A stretch of DNA of 64,000 bases from an uncultured Alphaproteobacteria bacterium (GTDB lineage Bacteria; Pseudomonadota; Alphaproteobacteria; MPNO01; DASWLB01). The translations under genes and the position numbers were made by a program. Position 1 is the first letter of the stretch. Each line of letters begins with the position of its first letter. The stretch is from positions 1,024,739 to 1,088,738 of the forward strand of contig CAWGHZ010000007.1 in NCBI GenBank assembly GCA_963822575.1, given 5' to 3'. A model generated the notes under the pieces. That model worked only from the letters and a program-made list of their open reading frames with translations. It searched no databases and had not been told where the DNA came from. Shown here piece after piece: positions 58,182-64,000 of the stretch.

Positions 58182-59390
58182 ATGACCGCGCCGGAAGCCG
58201 CCTGGACGCCGGCCGCCGCCCCGCGCGCGGCCTATGCCTCCGACCCCGCGAAGACGCGCGGACGGCGCCATCCCGAGCCGGAGAGCCCGACCCGCACGGT
58301 CTACCAGCGCGACCGCGACCGGGTGATCCACTCCACCGCCTTCCGGCGCCTCAAATACAAGACCCAGGTGTTCGTGTATCACGAGGGTGACAACTACCGC
58401 ACGAGGCTGACCCACAGCCTGGAGGTCGCCCAGATCGCCCGGTCGATCTCGCGCTGCCTGGGGCTCGACGAGGATCTGGCCGAGGCGCTGGCGCTCGCCC
58501 ACGATCTCGGCCATACGCCGTTCGGCCATGCCGGCGAGGACGCGCTGGACGCGGCCATGGCCGACCACGGCGGGTTCGACCATAACGGCCAAGCGCTCCG
58601 CATCCTCACGCGCCTCGAGGCGCACTACGCCGAGTTCGACGGGCTGAACCTCACCTGGGAGACCTTGGAGGGGATTGCCAAGCACAACGGGCCGCTGGTC
58701 GCACGGGCGGGCGAGACGGCAGGCCTGCCCTGGTCGGTGGTCGAGGTGCTCGGGCTCTATGACCTGGAGCTGCACACCTGGCCGGGGGCCGAGGCGCAGG
58801 TCGCGGCCCTCGCCGACGACATCGCCTATCACAGCCACGACCTGGACGACGGGCTGCACGCCGGTCTGTTCTCGGTCGCCGAACTCGCCGGCGTACCGCT
58901 CGCCGGCCCCATCTTCGCGCAGGTTGCGGCCAAATATCCGCGGCTGGAGGAGACGCGGCTGATCCACGAATCGGTTCGCCGCATGATCGACCTTCTGGTC
59001 AATGACCTTCTGGCGGAGACGCGCCGTCGGCTGACCGCGGCCGACCCGCGCGATGCCGCCCACGTGCGCGCCCTCGCAGGCCCAGTTGTCGCCTTCTCGC
59101 CGGCGATGGACGCCGACAACCGCGCCTTGAAGGCGTTCCTCTACGAGCGCATGTACCGGCACGAGCGGGTGAACCGGATGACCGCACGCGCCCGCCGCGT
59201 CGTGCGCGAGCTGTTCGCCGTCCTGCTCGCCGAACCGCACCATCTACCTGAGGCGTGGCGCCGCGCCGCCGACGGGCCGGGCGGGACCGCCACGGCGCGG
59301 CTCGTCGCCGACTACGTCGCCGGCATGACCGACCGCTTCGCCCTCGACCTGCACCGCCGGCTGGTTCCCGGCACTGAGAATAGCGAATGA
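58182..59390 (+). CDS. dgt: dGTP triphosphohydrolase-like HD-domain protein
   Basis: HSLEVAQIARSI...AHDLGHTPFGHAGE. Confidence 0.8.
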   Translation: MTAPEAAWTPAAAPRAAYASDPAKTRGRRHPEPESPTRTVYQRDRDRVIHSTAFRRLKYKTQVFVYHEGDNYRTRLTHSLEVAQIARSISRCLGLDEDLAEALALAHDLGHTPFGHAGEDALDAAMADHGGFDHNGQALRILTRLEAHYAEFDGLNLTWETLEGIAKHNGPLVARAGETAGLPWSVVEVLGLYDLELHTWPGAEAQVAALADDIAYHSHDLDDGLHAGLFSVAELAGVPLAGPIFAQVAAKYPRLEETRLIHESVRRMIDLLVNDLLAETRRRLTAADPRDAAHVRALAGPVVAFSPAMDADNRALKAFLYERMYRHERVNRMTARARRVVRELFAVLLAEPHHLPEAWRRAADGPGGTATARLVADYVAGMTDRFALDLHRRLVPGTENSE

Positions 59391-61140
59391 ACGTTTTCAA
59401 TGACTTCAAGGCCGATATTCTGTCAGTGATCGAGGATCTGACCCGGGAGGGGAAGCTCCCCCCGGGCTCGACGCCGCGCGCGTCTCGGTCGAGCCGCCGC
59501 GCGATCCGGCGCACGGCGAGCTTTCGACCAACGCGGCGATGGTGCTGGCCAAGCCCGCCGCGATGAAGTCGCGCGACCTCGCCGCTCTGCTGGCCGACCG
59601 CCTCGTCCAGCATTCCGACGTGACCGAGGCGACGGTGGCCGGGCCCGGATTCGTCAATTTCCGCCTCGACCCCGCCTTCTGGCAGAACCGGGTGCGCGAC
59701 GTGCTCGAGGCGGGCACGAGCTACGGCACGTCGGACATGGGCGCAGGGCGCAAGGTCAACGTCGAGTACGTCTCCGCCAACCCGACGGGACCGATGCATG
59801 TCGGCCACGGGCGCGGCGCGGTGGTGGGCGACGCGCTGGCCGCCGTGCTGGCGAAGGCCGGGTTCGACGTGACGCGCGAGTACTACATCAACGACGCCGG
59901 CGCCCAGGTCGACTTGCTGGCGCGCTCGGCGCATCTCCGCTACCGCGAGGCGCGCGGCGAGCATATCGGCGAGATCCCGGAAGGGCTCTACCCCGGCGAC
60001 TACCTGATCGACCTCGGCAAGGCGTTGGCGCTCAGCTACGGCGAGAAGCTGGCCGGCGTGCCGGAGGCGGAGTGGCTGCCGATCGTGCGCGACCAGGCGG
60101 TGGCCGCGATGCTGGCGCTGATCAAGGACGACCTGGCGGCGCTCGGAATCGCGTTTGACGTGTTCACTTCCGAGCGGGCGCTTGCCGAGGCCGGCCGGAT
60201 CGACGAGGTGGTGCGCGAGCTCGAGGCGCGCGACCTGGTCTATACCGGCACGCTGGAGCCGCCCAAGGGCAAGCAAATCGAGGATTGGGAGCCGCGCCCG
60301 CAGCTCCTGTTCCGTGCGACGCGGTTCGGCGACGACGTCGATCGGCCGCTGCGAAAGTCGGACGGAAGCTGGACCTATTTCGCCGCCGACATCGCCTACC
60401 ATCTCGATAAGTACCGGCGCGGCTTCGCGAGCATGATCGACGTGTGGGGCGCCGACCATGGCGGCTACGTCAAGCGCATGCAGGCCGCGGTGGAGGCGGT
60501 GAGCGAGGGCAGGGCGACGCTCGACGTCAAGCTCTGCCAGCTCGTCCATTTGATGGAGCGGGGCGAGCCGGTGAAGATGTCCAAGCGCGCCGGCCAGTTC
60601 GTGACCTTGCGCGACGTGGTCGACCGCGTGGGGCGCGATGTGGTGCGCTTTATCATGCTGACCCGCAAGAACGACGCGCCCCTCGAGTTCGACTTCGCCA
60701 AGGTGCGCGAGCAGTCGAAGGACAACCCGGTCTTCTACGTGCAGTACGCCCATGCCCGCGCCTGCTCCGCCCTGCGCAATGCGGCCCAGCTCTTGCCGGG
60801 ATTGCGGCTTGACGATTCGTCGCTCTCCGCGGCTCAGTTGGGCCGCCTCACGGACGCGGGCGAGCTGGCCTTGATACGGTTGATGGCCGGCTGGCCGCGG
60901 GTGGTCGAGAGCGCGGCCGAGGCGCACGAGCCGCACCGCGTCGCCTTCTATTTGTACGACCTGGCGTCCGAGTTCCACGCCCAGTGGAACCGCGGCAACG
61001 ACGACGACACGCTGCGGTTCATCGTGGCCGCGGACGAGGAGCTGACGGCCGCCCGGCTCGCCCTGGTGCGGGCGGTGGCGGTGGTGATCGCTTCGGGCCT
61101 CGGCGTCATGGGCGTCGTGCCGGTTGAGGAGATGCGGTGA
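59387..61140 (+). CDS. argS: arginyl-tRNA synthetase, apparent 1-nt frameshift in C6 run at 59458-59463
   Basis: ATGA overlap with dgt; N-terminus [18 protein letters not shown]...; adding one C restores ...[19 protein letters not shown]; HVGH and MSKR motifs downstream. Confidence 0.85.
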
Positions 61141-61946
61141 TGGCGTTGGAGCCTCAAGAGCGCGAGCGGCCGGAGGCGGGGCGGGCCCGCGCCGGTCGGC
61201 GCGTGACGACCTTGCTGATGGGCGTGGCGGCGGTCGCCGCCGTCGCCGCGGTCGGCGTGTTCGCCTATAAGGAGGGGCTGCGCCGCGGCGCCGAGAGCGT
61301 CGCGCCGGTCATCACCGCCGGCCCCGCGCCCGACAAGGTGAAGCCAGACAATCCGGGCGGCATGGAGGTGCCCAACCAGGACAAGCAGATCTACAACCAG
61401 CTCTCGCCGGAGACGGCGCAGAAGCCGGTCGAGCATCTGCTGCCGCCGCCCGAGCAGCCGATGGCGCCGCCCGCCGCGCCCGCCGCCGGGCCCACGACTA
61501 CGCCCGCGCCGCCTGCTGGCCCCGCCGCGCCGGTGGCGCAAGCAGCCGACCGGAGCGAGATGCAGCCGCCGCCGATGGAAAGGTCGGCGCCGCCCGCCGC
61601 ACCCCATCCGCCCCCTCCGCCGCCCACGGCGGCCAAGCCGGCACCGCCGCCGGCAGCGGCGCCCTCGGCCGAGCCCAACGCCCGCGCGCGGGCCGCGGGC
61701 GGCTATCGCGTGCAGCTTGCCTCCGTGCGCACCGAGGAGCAGGCCAACCGTGTCATCGCGCGCGCCAAGCGCGCGAATGCCGACATCGTCGGCGACCTGA
61801 CCTTTTCCGCCGTGCGCGCGGATTTGGGGTCGCGCGGCATCTACTATCGAGTCCAGGCGGGCCCGCTAGCCGATGCCGCGTCCGCCAAGACGCTTTGCGA
61901 GAAGCTCAAGGCGCGCAAGCAGGGGTGCCTGGTTGTCGCGCCCTGA
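61137..61946 (+). CDS. SPOR-domain protein with TM anchor and Pro-rich linker
   Basis: C-terminal [23 protein letters not shown]...[22 protein letters not shown]. Confidence 0.75.
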   Translation: MMALEPQERERPEAGRARAGRRVTTLLMGVAAVAAVAAVGVFAYKEGLRRGAESVAPVITAGPAPDKVKPDNPGGMEVPNQDKQIYNQLSPETAQKPVEHLLPPPEQPMAPPAAPAAGPTTTPAPPAGPAAPVAQAADRSEMQPPPMERSAPPAAPHPPPPPPTAAKPAPPPAAAPSAEPNARARAAGGYRVQLASVRTEEQANRVIARAKRANADIVGDLTFSAVRADLGSRGIYYRVQAGPLADAASAKTLCEKLKARKQGCLVVAP

Positions 61947-62961
61947 CCGTCCCCGCGCCGTCATCTTTGGCTGCGCCGGGCCGGCGCTTTCGGCCGAGGA
62001 GCGTCGCTTCTTCGCCGGCGCCGATCCCCTGGGCTTCATCCTGTTCGGCCGCAACTGCCGCGATCCCAGCCAGCTCGCCGCACTGGTCGCCGGACTGCGC
62101 GACGCGGTGGAGCGCGCCGATGCGCCGGTGTTGATCGACCAGGAGGGCGGGCGCGTCGCCCGGCTCGGCCCGCCGCACTGGCGGCGCGCGCCGCCTGCCG
62201 CCGTCTTCGCGGCCCTCTGGCGCACCGACCCGGACGCGGCCTGCGAGGCGGCGCGGGCGAACGCGCGACTGATGGCGGGCGAACTCGCCGCCGCGGGCAT
62301 CACGGTCGATTGCGCGCCGGTGCTCGACATTCCCGTGCCGGGCGCCGACCCGGTGATCGGCGACCGCGCCCATGGCGACGCGCCGGAGCCGGTGGTGGCG
62401 CTCGGCCGCGCGGTGTGCGACGGGCTGCGCGACGGGGGCGTGCTGCCGGTGATCAAGCATATCCCTGGCCACGGCCGCGCGGCTTCCGACAGCCACAAAT
62501 CTCTCCCCGTGGTGGCCACGCCGCGCGACGAGCTGGCGCGGACCGACTTCGCGCCGTTCCGCGCGCTCGCCGATCAGCCGGTCGGCATGACGGCGCACGT
62601 GATCTACAGCGCCATCGATCCGTCCCGTCCCGCGACCACCTCGCCTACCGTCGTCGGCGATCTCATCCGCCGCGAGATCGGGTTCGACGGCTTCCTGCTG
62701 TCCGACGACCTCGCGATGGGCGCGCTCTCCGGTCCGATGGGCGCGCGCGCGCGCGACTCGCTCGCGGCCGGCTGCGACGCGGCGCTGCACTGCACCGGCG
62801 CGATGGCCGAGATGACGGAGATCGCCGCTTCCGTCCCGCCGCTCGGCGAAGACGCGGCCCGACGCTGGGCGCGCGCCAAGTCGTGCCTGCTGCCGGCTGC
62901 GCCGTGCGACGCGGCAGCGCTTGCCGCACGGCTCGCGGCGCTGCTGGGGGCAAAGCGATGA
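61933..62961 (+). CDS. nagZ: beta-N-acetylhexosaminidase NagZ (start uncertain, TTG at 61933 proposed)
   Basis: GH3 motifs VLIDQEGGRV, KHIPGHG, FDGFLLSDDLAM. Confidence 0.8.
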   Translation: MSRPDRPRAVIFGCAGPALSAEERRFFAGADPLGFILFGRNCRDPSQLAALVAGLRDAVERADAPVLIDQEGGRVARLGPPHWRRAPPAAVFAALWRTDPDAACEAARANARLMAGELAAAGITVDCAPVLDIPVPGADPVIGDRAHGDAPEPVVALGRAVCDGLRDGGVLPVIKHIPGHGRAASDSHKSLPVVATPRDELARTDFAPFRALADQPVGMTAHVIYSAIDPSRPATTSPTVVGDLIRREIGFDGFLLSDDLAMGALSGPMGARARDSLAAGCDAALHCTGAMAEMTEIAASVPPLGEDAARRWARAKSCLLPAAPCDAAALAARLAALLGAKR

Positions 62962-63650
62962 CCCCCGGTGTCGCCAACGCGATTCACGCGCTTTCGGTCT
63001 GGGCGCTGCCCGTGCTGATCGCGGTCACGCTGCACGAGGCGGCGCACGGTTGGGTCGCTTGGCAGCGTGGGGACGACACGGCCAAGGTGCTGGGCCGCGT
63101 CACCTTCAACCCGTTCCGCCATATTGACCCGATCGGCACGATCCTGGTGCCGGGGCTCCTTCTCCTGTCCGGGACCGGGTTCCTGTTCGGCTGGGCGAAG
63201 CCCGTGCCGGTGAATTTCCGCCGCCTTTTGAAGCCGCGTCAGGACATGGTGTGGGTAGCGGCGGCGGGGCCGTCCATCAATATCGCCCTCGCGTTCATCT
63301 CGGCGCTGCTGCTGCACGTCGCGCCGCTGCTGCCGCCGGCGGCGGCCGCGTGGACCTTCGAGAACCTGCGCAACTCGATCCTGATCAACCTGGTGCTGGC
63401 GGTGTTCAACATGATCCCGTTGCCGCCGCTCGACGGCGGGCGGGTGGCCGTAGGGCTTCTGCCGCGGCGAATCGCTTTGCACCTGGCACGGGTGGAGCCG
63501 TACGGCTTGTTCATTATAATCGGGTTGCTGTTCGTGCTGCCCTTCCTGGGACGCGCGGTCGGCACGAACGTGAACATCTTCGCATGGCTGGTGGGTGTGC
63601 CTGTCTCGTACCTGTTCCACCTGATCACCGTGCTCGCCGGGCTCAGCTGA
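62958..63650 (+). CDS. site-2 protease family (M50) membrane metalloprotease
   Basis: HEAAHG zinc motif in TM helix; ATGA overlap with nagZ. Confidence 0.7.
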   Translation: MTPGVANAIHALSVWALPVLIAVTLHEAAHGWVAWQRGDDTAKVLGRVTFNPFRHIDPIGTILVPGLLLLSGTGFLFGWAKPVPVNFRRLLKPRQDMVWVAAAGPSINIALAFISALLLHVAPLLPPAAAAWTFENLRNSILINLVLAVFNMIPLPPLDGGRVAVGLLPRRIALHLARVEPYGLFIIIGLLFVLPFLGRAVGTNVNIFAWLVGVPVSYLFHLITVLAGLS

Positions 63651-63656
63651 GGGGCC

Positions 63657-64000
63657 ATGGAATTCGTCGAGGACAGGCAGGTCGAGCCGGCGCACGAGGG
63701 TGAGGCGCTGGTCGTCGATTTGGACGTGTTCGAGGGGCCGCTCGACGTGCTGCTGGCCCTCGCGCGCGAGCAGAAAGTCGACCTCACGCGCATCTCGATC
63801 CTCAAGCTCGCCGACCAGTACATCGCCTTCATCGAGAACGCCCGCGACCTCCGGCTGGAATTGGCCGCCGACTATCTCGTAATGGCGGCGTGGCTCGCCT
63901 ACCTCAAGTCGCGCCTCCTGCTGCCCGAGCCGGAAGCCGAGGAGGACGGGCTTTCCGGCGAGGAGATGGCCGAAGCGCTCACCTACCGCCTGCGCCGGCT
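63657..64000 (+). CDS. scpA: segregation and condensation protein A, 5' part (continues beyond window)
   Basis: DLDVFEGPLDVLLALAREQKVDLTRISILKLADQYIAFIE. Confidence 0.8.
   Translation, partial: MEFVEDRQVEPAHEGEALVVDLDVFEGPLDVLLALAREQKVDLTRISILKLADQYIAFIENARDLRLELAADYLVMAAWLAYLKSRLLLPEPEAEEDGLSGEEMAEALTYRLRR

Overview
This is a high-GC (~68%) alphaproteobacterial chromosomal window. An intergenic REP hairpin that translates as ...LDCFASLAMT..., together with the popZ-valS and argS-SPOR-nagZ-scpA synteny, suggests a Bradyrhizobiaceae-like organism; that assignment is an inference.

Layout of the window:
- 1-7.5 kb: two tandem ArsB/NhaD-family permease paralogs, then a livKHMGF branched-chain amino acid ABC operon, all on the minus strand.
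- 7.6-21.3 kb: coxG-like SRPBCC, tctC-tctA-tctB (tctA and tctB apparently fused by a frameshift), a bicupin, an orphan frameshifted eutA-like reactivase, a PEP-CTERM protein built from DUF1559-like motif repeats, a polytopic membrane protein, a TAXI-type TRAP transporter, and a Rieske oxygenase alpha subunit.
- 21.2-25.8 kb: an accessory-looking locus of two secreted PEP-CTERM proteins with near-identical sorting tails flanking a LuxR-family regulator. It also holds a 750-bp non-coding leader carrying an intrinsic terminator and a small ORF, and an ~12-copy 11-bp tandem repeat array.
- 25.8-34.6 kb: scattered protocatechuate-4,5-cleavage-type genes (ligI-, ligK- and ligJ-like), plus LOG, nitroreductase, class II aldolase, GST, a LeuCD-like hydro-lyase pair, and an ABC transporter pseudogene chimera (permease 5' half joined to substrate-binding-protein 3' half).
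- 34.6-43.7 kb: an OmpA-like protein, a CHD-cyclase-like/TM/Pro-Ala-repeat/DUF4384 protein, an orphan hypA-hypC-hypF trio (hypF frameshifted), an in-frame NifU-like remnant after a DUF2182 gene, a DUF2182/DUF1326 pair, and CoA-transferase A/B.
- 43.7-44.2 kb: tRNA-Asn x2 and tRNA-Cys.
- 44.3-64 kb: core genes pcm, tolC, popZ, valS, a secreted caspase-like protein, ilvD-family dehydratase, VOC, an ArsR-SRPBCC-GFA-MBL cluster with a perfect 32-bp palindromic operator, methyltransferase, xthA, erpA, dGTPase, argS, SPOR protein, nagZ, M50 protease, and scpA (partial).

Several genes carry apparent single-base frameshifts or in-frame stops. The one in essential argS sits in a C6 homopolymer, so sequencing error is a strong alternative to pseudogenisation. 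No transposase, integrase or CRISPR array was found.
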